NCBI GenBank assembly: GCA_034111325.1
Contig: JAWUXM010000013.1
Span: forward strand, 1,687-65,686
DNA length: 64,000 nt
Direction: 5' to 3'
Source of the DNA: Rickettsiales bacterium
GTDB lineage: Bacteria; Pseudomonadota; Alphaproteobacteria; Rickettsiales; JABIRX01
The notes beneath the pieces are model-generated. The model was not told the DNA's origin. It worked only from the letters and a program-made list of their open reading frames with translations, and searched no databases. A program made the translations under genes and the position numbers. Positions within the stretch are counted from its first letter, which is position 1; each line of letters begins with the position of its first letter. Positions 10,470-19,317 of this stretch are shown here, one piece after another.

Positions 10470-10541
10470 TCTGGTCTTTTTGAGTTCTTTTTTACCCCCC
10501 CTCTCCCTTAATCATGGTTGGGGTGAGAGTTTGTAGTATCA
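10470..10541. repeat. PE-1 left-end fragment fused to a PE-2 hairpin element
   Basis: TAATCTGGTCTTTTTGAGTTCTTTTTT matches the PE-1 left end, with the AA of the icd stop codon forming part of the match. It is followed by CCCTCTCCCTTAATCATGGTTGGGGTGAGAG (PE-2-like). Confidence 0.6.
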
Positions 10542-10577
10542 GGGAGGTTGCAAATTAAAAAATAAAAAGGGGCAAAC

Positions 10578-11642
10578 ATGAAAAAACTATTCCGGAAAAA
10601 AGACAAGACAGCCTCGACTAATAAAAAACTAATGATTGTTGGCGCAATAGTCTTATTCATCCTGATCTTTAACGCACAAAGTGATAAATACTCCAAAACC
10701 GATATCATAGAAAAGGTTAAAAAGACCAAATCCTCCATTGGCACAACCGTACAAGATAATGTAAAAGAACAAATCATATCTTTAGTTCAAGGACGCGCTA
10801 CCGAGAAAACACCGCAAGAGCCATCAATTGCCGCACCAAAAACTGTTGATGAAATCCTCATCGAGAAACTATCTACTAATCAAGATTTTGCTAACGACTT
10901 TTATAAGCAATTAGAACTGCAAGTTGGAAATAAAAAATATGCTGCAAATATGATCGCAAATTATAAACAACAGGTTAAGCAAGCAAAAAAGAATATGGTG
11001 ACATATCGTGATATACAACAAGGCACAGCAATTTCTGAGGCGGTTTGTGGCGCTAATATTACTATAAAATACGATGTATTTGCTGATGGCACTTTACAAG
11101 AGAAAGGCAAAATAAGAAATCTTTCTCTTAATAAAAACAATGCTGTGTATGACGCACTAAATGGACTACGCAAAGGTGGTAAAAGGGAAATCATTATACC
11201 TGAATCCCTCTTTTCTGATTTTATGGATTTTGGCTTCCAAAAATATAAATCATCAAGCCTGAAGCTCAGCGTATCAATGATTAAAAGCTCTTTTACCGAA
11301 AGTGGTGCAAAAGATAATATGGTAATTTTTGATCAATTAGTTATATCTGGACGAAAAGCGGAGTGCGGTCAAAAAATAAAAACAAGTTTTAGAATCAAAT
11401 CACTATCGAAGAAGATTGGTAAGTGGCAGGATGTAAAGGATTTTACTTTTAAAATTGGCGAAGGAAAAGTTCCATATGGGTTTGAATTAGGGTTTTTAAA
11501 CCTTCTAGAAGGATCGACCCGCATGATAATATTACCAAGAGAATTATTAAAAACTGGGCAAGAACATTTCCCACAGGAAATAAAACCATTGCTAAATGAC
11601 AATATAGTAGTGAAAATTACAAATATGAATCTAGCATATTAG
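10578..11642 (+). CDS. Membrane-anchored protein with two FKBP-like (PPIase-fold) domains
   Basis: N-terminal TM segment (LMIVGAIVLFILIF). Two segments resemble FKBP cores: ITIKYDVFADGT...LNGLRKGGKREIIIPESLF and FKIGEGKVPYGFELGFLNLLEGSTRMIILPRELL. First gene of a tight three-gene cluster with 11-nt spacers. Confidence 0.45.
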   Translation: MKKLFRKKDKTASTNKKLMIVGAIVLFILIFNAQSDKYSKTDIIEKVKKTKSSIGTTVQDNVKEQIISLVQGRATEKTPQEPSIAAPKTVDEILIEKLSTNQDFANDFYKQLELQVGNKKYAANMIANYKQQVKQAKKNMVTYRDIQQGTAISEAVCGANITIKYDVFADGTLQEKGKIRNLSLNKNNAVYDALNGLRKGGKREIIIPESLFSDFMDFGFQKYKSSSLKLSVSMIKSSFTESGAKDNMVIFDQLVISGRKAECGQKIKTSFRIKSLSKKIGKWQDVKDFTFKIGEGKVPYGFELGFLNLLEGSTRMIILPRELLKTGQEHFPQEIKPLLNDNIVVKITNMNLAY

Positions 11643-11653
11643 AGTAAGAGCAT

Positions 11654-12418
11654 ATGAAAAATAAGCAGCAATCTCTAGCGGAAGACATTAAAAATAAGCA
11701 TTATTATTCGCGCGCGCTCGAATGGTATATGCATAAATATCTGCGCGTCTATTTTGACCGTATCTATTGGCTAATCCTCTTTTTAGTATTTTTTACTGCG
11801 AGCTTTTACCTTTATTTAAACATAACTTATTGGCTACCAACTAAGACTGTAATGCCTATCGTATTATATAATGATGATGTTATCAACAAACAACCAATTG
11901 CCGTTACCTTAAATGACAAATATAGCCAACAACCAGACAAAGCCTTACTCGAATATTTGTTAGTGCATTACACCAAAAATCGCGAAGAATTCCACAAAGG
12001 CGACTTTGATGTTTTAACTCTAGATAATCGCGTCAAAAAAGTTGCTAATAATTCAACAAGTGACGTTTCGAAGGAATATAAAAAAACCTTTGATACAAAT
12101 AACCCAAACCATCCTATTACTATTTTAGGCAAAAATGGTGAGCGTACTGTTAAACTAGTTAGCTTTATATTCCATGAGAAGCCTAAAACTAAGAAAGAAG
12201 AAAACTTATTCGCAACAATTTTAGAATCAGATCTGCCTGAAAAAGCTACCCTAACTATTGAAGTGTCTGATAAAAAACTAACGACAGATCTTACAAAACA
12301 GCTTTGGCAAGTAGATATTGCTTTTGCATTTTCTGGAATTATAGTAAATAAGATCACCAATAATGTAACCCTTTCAAAATTCATGGTCACTGATTATCGA
12401 ATTACAAAATCAAAATAA
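11654..12418 (+). CDS. VirB8-like (type IV secretion inner-membrane component-like) protein
   Basis: Bitopic topology with a short N-terminus, one TM and a ~190-aa periplasmic domain. VirB8-like landmarks are LPTKTVMPIVL after the TM, LLEYLLVHYTKNREEF, and the C-terminal FMVTDYRI (compare NPLGFQVSDYR). Sits immediately upstream of a VirB9-like gene. Confidence 0.5.
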   Translation: MKNKQQSLAEDIKNKHYYSRALEWYMHKYLRVYFDRIYWLILFLVFFTASFYLYLNITYWLPTKTVMPIVLYNDDVINKQPIAVTLNDKYSQQPDKALLEYLLVHYTKNREEFHKGDFDVLTLDNRVKKVANNSTSDVSKEYKKTFDTNNPNHPITILGKNGERTVKLVSFIFHEKPKTKKEENLFATILESDLPEKATLTIEVSDKKLTTDLTKQLWQVDIAFAFSGIIVNKITNNVTLSKFMVTDYRITKSK

Positions 12419-12429
12419 TTCTATAAATA

Positions 12430-13182
12430 ATGTTATATTTCAGATTCATCATATTACTTCTATTATTTGCTCCAACTATAGCAAATGCTAGAATTATAGA
12501 ATCACGTCCTTTGCCGCATGATAGCCGCATTCGTGTTTTTACCTATACGCCTGACCATATTTACAAATATGTTGGTAATTTTCGCTATCAAGCAAGTCTA
12601 AAATTTGGCGCTGATGAGACCATCGTCACAGTAACTATGGGTGATAGCTCTGGTTGGCAAATCGAACAATCTGGAAGCAGAATGTTTTTACGGCCACTAA
12701 ATGGCAATGCTGAAACTAATATGATGGTGATTACTGATAAAAGAATGTACCAGTTTGAAATGCATGCGCTGGAAGCTGAATCAATTGAAGATGTAAATCT
12801 CGTATTTGAAACTAGGTTTTTATATAACAACCAAGTGAATGACTCATTAAAAACTTTTAACAGTAAATTTGAGCCCGACTTTACTGGGCGTATAAAATAT
12901 AATTTCAACTATACTTATTCTGGTCCAAAGTCTATCGCACCAATTAAGATTTTTGATGATGGTGAATTTACATATTTTGAATTCCGTGATAAAAATACTG
13001 AACTTCCTGCAATATTTAATGTTGATTCAAAAGGTTACGAAGGATTGGTCAATTATCGTGTCAGTGATAATTATGTCATAGTTGAAAGAGTAACATCGGT
13101 CTTCACCCTACGACACGGCTCTGATACAATCTGCGTCTTTAATGAAGCACTACCTTATAAAAAAGAAGTGAAGAAGAAATAG
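12430..13182 (+). CDS. VirB9/TrbG/CagX-family protein (type IV secretion outer-membrane core-like)
   Basis: Signal peptide (LLLLFAPTIANA). N-domain pattern VFTYTPDHIYKY...GDSSGWQIE...LRPL...TNMMVITDKRMYQFEM. C-domain pattern IFDDGEFTYFEF...LPAIFNVD...LVNYRV... Confidence 0.7.
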   Translation: MLYFRFIILLLLFAPTIANARIIESRPLPHDSRIRVFTYTPDHIYKYVGNFRYQASLKFGADETIVTVTMGDSSGWQIEQSGSRMFLRPLNGNAETNMMVITDKRMYQFEMHALEAESIEDVNLVFETRFLYNNQVNDSLKTFNSKFEPDFTGRIKYNFNYTYSGPKSIAPIKIFDDGEFTYFEFRDKNTELPAIFNVDSKGYEGLVNYRVSDNYVIVERVTSVFTLRHGSDTICVFNEALPYKKEVKKK

Positions 13183-13229
13183 AGAGCAGAGTTAATTTTT
13201 TGAATGCTAAATATCTCCTCTTAATTCTT

Positions 13230-15011
13230 TTATAAAATCACATCCTCAACAAAGAACTGTACGCTCTGACGATCATTCCAATTATTGATCTTTATAGTGC
13301 CGATAAGATCAATCGCCGCACCTTTAACCGAAAGCAATGTCTGCCCTAAAACACTATCAACTGAGTTCCAACACAGAGCTGGAATAGAGCGCCCATAAAT
13401 CCCCGCACTGCGATCAGAAATTATACAACGAACATGCTTCTCGGTTAAAACATCTGTTTTGATAATATGGCAATTTTTTACACGAAATTTTGGTTCATAA
13501 TTTGATGTGCCAAATGGTTCAAGCAGCGCAAAAGACTTCGCCAATTCAAGATTTAAACTACTCACACTAATCGCTTCATCAACATGATGAATTTGATCTT
13601 TCAAGACTGCCTTAACCTTCTCGCCTAATTTTTCTTCAAGAAATGCATCAAGATCTACAATGCGATCTTCTTCGATAGAAAACCCTGCTGCCATAGCGTG
13701 CCCGCCGCCTTCAATAATTATTCCCTGCTCTTTTGCACCAGCGATATTACTACCCAAATCCACACCATTAATTGAACGGCATGATGCTTTACCTATGCCG
13801 TTTTCGAGAGCTATGATTGCAGTTGGGCGATTATATTTTTCTTTAATACGTGAGGCAACAATGCCAATTACACCCGCGTGCCAATTTTCACTGGCGCAAA
13901 TAATAACTGGCTTTTTATGTAATTCTTTCTTTTCAACTTGTAAAATCGCCTCTTCTAAAGTTAGCAATTCAATTGCTTTACGCTCTTCATTGAATCTTTG
14001 TAGTTTTTGGGCGATTTGCGCAACCTCTGCTAAATCATTACTCGAGAGTAAGTTTGCACCTAAATCAGACTTCCCTACTCGTCCACCTGCATTGATTCTT
14101 GGGCCCAAAAGAAAACCTAGATGATATGGAGCGATTGCATCTTTAATTCCTGCAATATTACTCAAAGCGTTAATTCCGATATTGCGCCCTTGTGACATAA
14201 CTTTAATTCCTTGCGCAACAAAAGCACGATTTAAACCAACTAAAGGCACAACATCACAAACAGTGCCCAGCGCTACTAGATCAAGCAATTCCAACAATTT
14301 AGGCTCCGCCTTATCTTTATAAAAACCATCTTTGCGTAATAATTGATTCAACGCCACAATCAGCAAAAAAGTTACCCCTACGCCAGCCAAATATTTATAT
14401 TCAGACGTCTCATCAAAACGATTGGGATTCACCACCGCCACAGCTTTCGGAATATCCGTTAAACATAGATGATGATCAAGAACGATAATGTCCAAACCCA
14501 TTTCCACTGCGTCTGCTAAAGGTTCAAACGCCGTCGTCCCGCAATCCACCGTTATCACAACATCCGCACCTTGCTCTTTCAAATATTTCAACGCCGCAGT
14601 TTTTGGCCCATAGCCTTCTGCTATGCGATCAGGAATATAGATATTTATCTCAACACCAAGCATCGCAAAGAATTTTTTAAGCAATGAAGAGGAGGTTGCG
14701 CCGTCAACATCATAATCGCCAAACACCCAAATATTCTTTTTACCTTTTAATGCTTTAAGTAAATATTCCGCCGCTTTCTGCATATCCAACAAATGGAAAG
14801 GATCAGGCAAATGTGTTTTTATCGTTGGGTTTAGGTAAAGCTCAATATCGTCTAAATTATCAAATCTCGTAGCGATAATTTTGGCAATTTCTGGTGATAG
14901 TGCAAACTTCTCTGCTATAGTTTTGCACAAATATTCATCCGCCTCTCTCTCCTGCCAGATATAACCTTTGACTGATTTTGTTTTTGCGCTATTAATGTCA
15001 GTCTGTTTCAT
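13230..15011 (-). CDS. recJ: Single-stranded-DNA-specific exonuclease RecJ
   Basis: 593 aa with DHH motifs (GDYDVDGATS, DCG, VLDHH) and DHHA1 (GGGHAMAAG). Confidence 0.95.
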   Translation of the reverse strand: MKQTDINSAKTKSVKGYIWQEREADEYLCKTIAEKFALSPEIAKIIATRFDNLDDIELYLNPTIKTHLPDPFHLLDMQKAAEYLLKALKGKKNIWVFGDYDVDGATSSSLLKKFFAMLGVEINIYIPDRIAEGYGPKTAALKYLKEQGADVVITVDCGTTAFEPLADAVEMGLDIIVLDHHLCLTDIPKAVAVVNPNRFDETSEYKYLAGVGVTFLLIVALNQLLRKDGFYKDKAEPKLLELLDLVALGTVCDVVPLVGLNRAFVAQGIKVMSQGRNIGINALSNIAGIKDAIAPYHLGFLLGPRINAGGRVGKSDLGANLLSSNDLAEVAQIAQKLQRFNEERKAIELLTLEEAILQVEKKELHKKPVIICASENWHAGVIGIVASRIKEKYNRPTAIIALENGIGKASCRSINGVDLGSNIAGAKEQGIIIEGGGHAMAAGFSIEEDRIVDLDAFLEEKLGEKVKAVLKDQIHHVDEAISVSSLNLELAKSFALLEPFGTSNYEPKFRVKNCHIIKTDVLTEKHVRCIISDRSAGIYGRSIPALCWNSVDSVLGQTLLSVKGAAIDLIGTIKINNWNDRQSVQFFVEDVIL

Positions 15012-15037
15012 TGGAATTACTTGATTTTACCAGTATC

Positions 15038-16285
15038 ATGACTAGTTGGTTCAAAAAATACTATAAAAACATTTGGCTGCCTTATACGCAAATGAAGGGC
15101 GCAACTTTGCCTTTGCCCGTCAAAAAAACCAAGGGTGTCTATATTTATCTAGAAGATGGACGTAAATTACTCGATGGCATAGCTTCTTGGTGGAGTGCTG
15201 CGCATGGCTATAATCACCCACATATCGAGAAAGCAATGCACCGCCAGTTACGAACCATGCCGCATATTATGTTTGGAGGTTTAGCGCATAAACCCGCATA
15301 TCAATTAGCTGGGCGCTTGTGTGAATTAGCTGCAATGCAACGTGTGTTTTTCTCTGATTCTGGCTCAACTGCGGTTGAAGTTGCGCTAAAGATGGCAGTA
15401 CAATATCAGTTAAATCAAGGGCAAAGAAATAAGGTAAAAATTATCTCGTTTAAAAATGCCTACCATGGCGATACGATTGGCGCAATGAGCATCTGCGACC
15501 CAGCAGATAGTATGCATCATAAGTTTGCAGGGCTTTTACCACAAAATTTAATTCATAAAATTCCTGAAAATGAAGCGGATTTTATAGAGTTTGATAAATT
15601 CCTCACAAAGGCAAAAAAACAAAGTGCTGCGATTATTATCGAACCTTTAGTTCAGGCTGCTGGCGGAATACAATTTCATTCCGCTAAAACCTTACAACGT
15701 CTTTTTGACCTAAGCAAAAAACATGGGTTATTTTTTATCGTCGATGAATGTGCCACGGGTTTTTATCGCACTGGTAAATTATTCGCGCATCAAGAGGCAG
15801 GCATCAAGCCTGATATAATTATCCTCGGCAAAGCACTAACTGGCGGCGCTGTTGGTTTAGCAGCAACTATCACCAGCAAGGAGGTTTTCGATGGTTTCTT
15901 AAGCGAAAAGCAAGAAGATGCTTTTATGCATGGTCCAACTTTCATGGCAAACCCACTCGCATGCTCTGCTGCTAATGCCTCATTGGATTTATTTGAGAAA
16001 ACCGACATGGAAAATCGCGTCGCCCAAATCGAGCAAATTTTAAAAGCAGAATTGAGCAAATGCACTAATTTTAAAAACGTCAAAAATGTGCGTGTAAAAG
16101 GTGCAATAGGTGTGGTCGAGATGAAAAAGCTAACCCACAGCGACCGTGAAGACCTTAAAGCAAAATTCCTTGCCGCCAACCTCTGGCTCCGCCCCTTTGG
16201 CAACCTCATCTACATCATGCCTGCTTTTACTATAAAAGATAAGGAGTTGCGCAACATCTGCACAATAATTCTACAGACAATATAA
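15038..16285 (+). CDS. bioA: Adenosylmethionine-8-amino-7-oxononanoate aminotransferase
   Basis: BioA-like N-terminus (IWLPYTQMK, SWWSAAHGYNHP) plus DECATGFYRTG and the GKALTGG PLP site. The tracked ORF starts at a TTG (15011) touching the recJ start, so the in-frame ATG at 15038 is preferred. Confidence 0.87.
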   Translation: MTSWFKKYYKNIWLPYTQMKGATLPLPVKKTKGVYIYLEDGRKLLDGIASWWSAAHGYNHPHIEKAMHRQLRTMPHIMFGGLAHKPAYQLAGRLCELAAMQRVFFSDSGSTAVEVALKMAVQYQLNQGQRNKVKIISFKNAYHGDTIGAMSICDPADSMHHKFAGLLPQNLIHKIPENEADFIEFDKFLTKAKKQSAAIIIEPLVQAAGGIQFHSAKTLQRLFDLSKKHGLFFIVDECATGFYRTGKLFAHQEAGIKPDIIILGKALTGGAVGLAATITSKEVFDGFLSEKQEDAFMHGPTFMANPLACSAANASLDLFEKTDMENRVAQIEQILKAELSKCTNFKNVKNVRVKGAIGVVEMKKLTHSDREDLKAKFLAANLWLRPFGNLIYIMPAFTIKDKELRNICTIILQTI

Positions 16286-16302
16286 AATACCAACATTCAT
16301 CT

Positions 16303-18198
16303 TTAAAGAGAAACTTCAGCTCTACTAAGATTGTGTTTTTTATCAGAAATCTTTGGTCGACAGAAAATTATCTGCCCTAAATCATCTCCTAGTTCTTTTT
16401 GAAAAAGATTATCCAAAACTGCAATTCTATCACTTGCAAGTTGCAAAGCTTTTTTGGGTGTAATTGTTTTTGCTGCAGGTTTTTTCTTTTCAAAGATTGA
16501 TGCGGTCGGGCAAATATGTAGTTTTATGGCAGGGTTTTCTTTGAGGAATTTGCTAATGTTGTTAATGTCCGTTACTGACTTTTTAGCAATTTTACTTCTC
16601 AAAAGCAAAAACTCTATATCCTCAAAACGTGGCTTAGTAATAAATTTATAAGCACCATTGACAAAAGCAAAACTATTACTTGGTGAGAAAGGAACTGACT
16701 GAACCAAAAGCGGCACAAAGCGAACCGCCATTTGGCTTGCAACTGCAGAACTTAACTGATTAATCAAAAGTTGCCCTAGGCCTTGAGACAACATATTAAA
16801 AAAGTTAAATTTTGGGTCATCCGTAGAACCGGAGATTTTAAAATCCAATCGAATGTTTCCCTTATCATCTTCAATTATTGCTAAAGCAGTCTTCAAAGGA
16901 ATGCTCGATTGCTGGGCTAAATCTTCACCAAATTCATTCTCAGAATCTAAATTAAGCTGCGCAAGGTTAACTCTTACATTGCCTTGAATTTCTGAGCCTT
17001 GTCTTTTAGTTACGGCTTCTAAATTCAACTTGCCGCTGGCTATATGGTAATTTAGCAAAGAGACAAAAGTTTCAGAAAATTGACTTAATTCAAAATTAGT
17101 AATCTTCAAATAAAGTTCCTGTTTATTATAGTTTAATCGCAATGAACCTCCTTGAGCAAGCTCTACATTTGCCATAGTTTGCATTTTGACTTTGTCTTGC
17201 TTGAAATTAATATTGCTCATTTTAAATTCAGCAAAATCTGAAAGCTCCTTAACCTTGAGGCTATTATTTGATTCTGAGAAAATTAGATTTTTAACCTTAA
17301 GCAAATCGCTATGCACAGTTAAATTTTGTGCATTATCAGAAAGTTTGAATTCTTCTAAAACGACTTTACGACTAAAATAATCAATGGTTTGCAAATTATT
17401 CACGTAAAGATAAAAATTTTCCAAAGCTAAATTTAAGGAAATTTGTCTTTGACTATCCTGCACTTCTATCTTTCCTTTGCTAGTTAATTTCCCTTGGATT
17501 TGCAAAAAATTAAATAGTTTCTTAAGCGGCAAAACATTGAAAATATCCAAGTCAAATTTATCAATAGCAAATGCCAACTGTATATTTGGCTTCTCAAAAT
17601 CCATTGCCATTTTACCAGCAAGTTTAAAAGAACCTTGCTTGTTTTTTAAGAGAATGTCCAAATTCATTAGCTGCTGAGGCTGAATAAAATTTACATTACT
17701 TACATAGGCTTTTTTGATTTGTATTTGCTGTTTTTCAGGCAAGTTGACTTGCATATTGGCAATATTAATTTTAGCAATTACCAACCGCCATTTATTAGTC
17801 TTTTTTACTTTTTGTGTCTTTTCTTTTTTAGGTAAAATAACATTAGCAATCCGCAATTCATCTGCCAAAGAAACAACCTTTCCCTCTAAGCCGTTAATAT
17901 TAATTTCCTCTATATGAATTTCTTTTTTAAATAAGTTTGGCAAAGCCAGATCAATCACAAAGTTTTGCAAAGATGTATGTTGATCTATCTTTATATCTTT
18001 AATTGTAAGCCTCTTATTAAATGGCTCAAATTGAACATTTTGCCAAGTAATTTTAGGAGTATCTTGCTGATCAAGTAAAGCCTGCAACTGGCTTGCAACG
18101 AAATAAACAACTGCATATTTTATGCTAAAATATATTACAATTAGGCTTATTGTAACAAGCAAATAATAACGAATTTTTTTGATAAAATTTAATATCAT
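16303..18198 (-). CDS. AsmA-like / DUF748-like envelope protein
   Basis: 631 aa with an N-terminal TM anchor followed by a long repetitive beta-rich sequence, typical of AsmA/DUF748 proteins. Assigned by overall pattern only. Confidence 0.4.
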   Translation of the reverse strand: MILNFIKKIRYYLLVTISLIVIYFSIKYAVVYFVASQLQALLDQQDTPKITWQNVQFEPFNKRLTIKDIKIDQHTSLQNFVIDLALPNLFKKEIHIEEININGLEGKVVSLADELRIANVILPKKEKTQKVKKTNKWRLVIAKINIANMQVNLPEKQQIQIKKAYVSNVNFIQPQQLMNLDILLKNKQGSFKLAGKMAMDFEKPNIQLAFAIDKFDLDIFNVLPLKKLFNFLQIQGKLTSKGKIEVQDSQRQISLNLALENFYLYVNNLQTIDYFSRKVVLEEFKLSDNAQNLTVHSDLLKVKNLIFSESNNSLKVKELSDFAEFKMSNINFKQDKVKMQTMANVELAQGGSLRLNYNKQELYLKITNFELSQFSETFVSLLNYHIASGKLNLEAVTKRQGSEIQGNVRVNLAQLNLDSENEFGEDLAQQSSIPLKTALAIIEDDKGNIRLDFKISGSTDDPKFNFFNMLSQGLGQLLINQLSSAVASQMAVRFVPLLVQSVPFSPSNSFAFVNGAYKFITKPRFEDIEFLLLRSKIAKKSVTDINNISKFLKENPAIKLHICPTASIFEKKKPAAKTITPKKALQLASDRIAVLDNLFQKELGDDLGQIIFCRPKISDKKHNLSRAEVSL

Positions 18199-18220
18199 TA
18201 GTTACTCTAAATGTTTTTTG

Positions 18221-18418
18221 TTAAAAAATAACGAGTGCCTTTTCCCACACCGCTTTTGCTAAAAGCCTCTCTGTAGCTTTTACCTGACGATGATTAATTT
18301 GCTCCTTAAACCGCTCATAAAATTTATCAGCCTGTTTCTCACCCCACTCTTCAAAAGAATATTGCCATATTTCCTCAAGATCTTTTTTGTGCCTTTTTTG
18401 AATATGAATCTTTAACAT
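18221..18418 (-). pseudogene. parE: Truncated ParE-family toxin (65 aa; C-terminal third missing)
   Basis: The N-terminus KKDLEEIWQYSFEEWGEKQADKFYERFKEQI matches the ParE pattern (A..DL..IW.Y....WG..QA..Y). The ORF ends ~30 aa early and no alternative frame continues. It shares 1 nt (TAATG) with parD. Confidence 0.55.
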
Positions 18419-18675
18419 TACTTTTTAACACCTGCCTTTTTCTTGGCGTTGCGGCGGATTTTTTCCATGTCTAATTCGCCAGCATCACCACTTTCTTCAC
18501 CTTCAACCAGCGCCGAACGCAATGTTTCTAACTTAGAGTTTGCTTCTTTTTCTTCCAGCAAGCGCAGTCCATCTCGCACTATCTCACTGGCTGAAGCATA
18601 ACGCCCAGCAGTAAGTTTACTTTTAATAAATTCATTCCAATGCTGCCCAAGACTTAATGTTTGCGTTTTTATCAT
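18418..18675 (-). CDS. parD: ParD-family (COG3609, RHH) type II antitoxin
   Basis: 85 aa. The segment GRYASASEIVRDGLRLLEEKE is the hallmark ParD/CC2985-type sequence, followed by an acidic C-terminal half. Confidence 0.78.
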   Translation of the reverse strand: MIKTQTLSLGQHWNEFIKSKLTAGRYASASEIVRDGLRLLEEKEANSKLETLRSALVEGEESGDAGELDMEKIRRNAKKKAGVKK

Positions 18676-18809
18676 TTTTACACCCCCAATAATAAATAAG
18701 ATTTATTATGAAAAGCAATGACAATTAAAAACATTACTATTTTTGCAGGGGTTGGCAGATGCAGGATCAAGACCAGCATGGCGAATTGGGAGTGATATTC
18801 GCCAAACAC

Positions 18810-18856
18810 GTCACCCTGAAATAAATTCAGGGTGACTCCTTTTGCGATGCAGAAGC
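18810..18856. repeat. PE-3 hairpin element
   Basis: GTCACCCTGAAATAAATTCAGGGTGAC plus the tail TCCTTTTGCGATGCAGAAGC. This parallels 6061-6105 (GATCCTGAAATAAATTCAGGATGACCTCTTTTGCGGTGCAGAACC). Confidence 0.65.
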
Positions 18857-18898
18857 TTTCTACAACATGTCAATGCCAAGGTTCTAATTTATTAAATT

Positions 18899-18948
18899 AA
18901 CCCTCACCGAACCTCTCCCTTATATAAGGGAGAGAGTTTCAACAGAAT
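18899..18948. repeat. PE-2 hairpin element (CTCTCCCTTA...TAAGGGAGAG)
   Basis: AACCCTCACCGAACCTCTCCCTTATATAAGGGAGAGAGTTTCAACAGAAT aligns to 40321-40375 and to the reverse complement of 43762-43820. Confidence 0.7.
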
Positions 18949-18954
18949 AATGTT

Positions 18955-19317
18955 CTATTCGCCCCAAGCATTTTTGATGTGGGTGATGTGAAAAGGTCGG
19001 GCGATAAAGATCAGGTCGAAGCGTAGGTCGTAATTTGCAAGTTTTGGATTTTGTGAGAGGAAGAGTTTTGCAGCTTGGATAAGACGTCGTTGTTGGTTTT
19101 TTGAAACTACTTCCATTATGTACTCTGGTGCTTTTCTGCCTTTGACTTCGACAAATAAAATCTGCCGCCCTCGCTTAGCGATAATATCAATTTCACCTAA
19201 TTTGGTTTTATAGCGTTTATGGAGGATTTGGTAAAATTGCAGACGCAAAATCAGGCAAGCGATAAACTCCGCAAACAGCCCAAAATTATAGCTATTTCTT
19301 TTTTGCTTTAAAGCCAT
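18955..19317 (-). CDS. yraN: YraN-family (UPF0102) endonuclease-like protein
   Basis: 120 aa with the GEIDIIA...FVEVK core typical of UPF0102. Confidence 0.78.
   Translation of the reverse strand: MALKQKRNSYNFGLFAEFIACLILRLQFYQILHKRYKTKLGEIDIIAKRGRQILFVEVKGRKAPEYIMEVVSKNQQRRLIQAAKLFLSQNPKLANYDLRFDLIFIARPFHITHIKNAWGE

Noticed and set aside
13660-14124. 154-aa plus-strand ORF inside recJ. This entry stands for the whole class of antisense or overlapping ORFs in the track, e.g. 46-231, 2971-3153, 4001-4298, 7720-8025, 11968-12390, 15790-16209, 36400-37425, 39059-39439, 54583-55008, 58591-59067, 60460-60831 and 63255-63677.
   Set aside because: All lie entirely within, and antisense or out of frame to, long ORFs with strong family signatures. 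Their translations are low-complexity or Ser/Leu/Ile-rich with no recognisable motifs. They are typical shadow ORFs of AT-rich genes.
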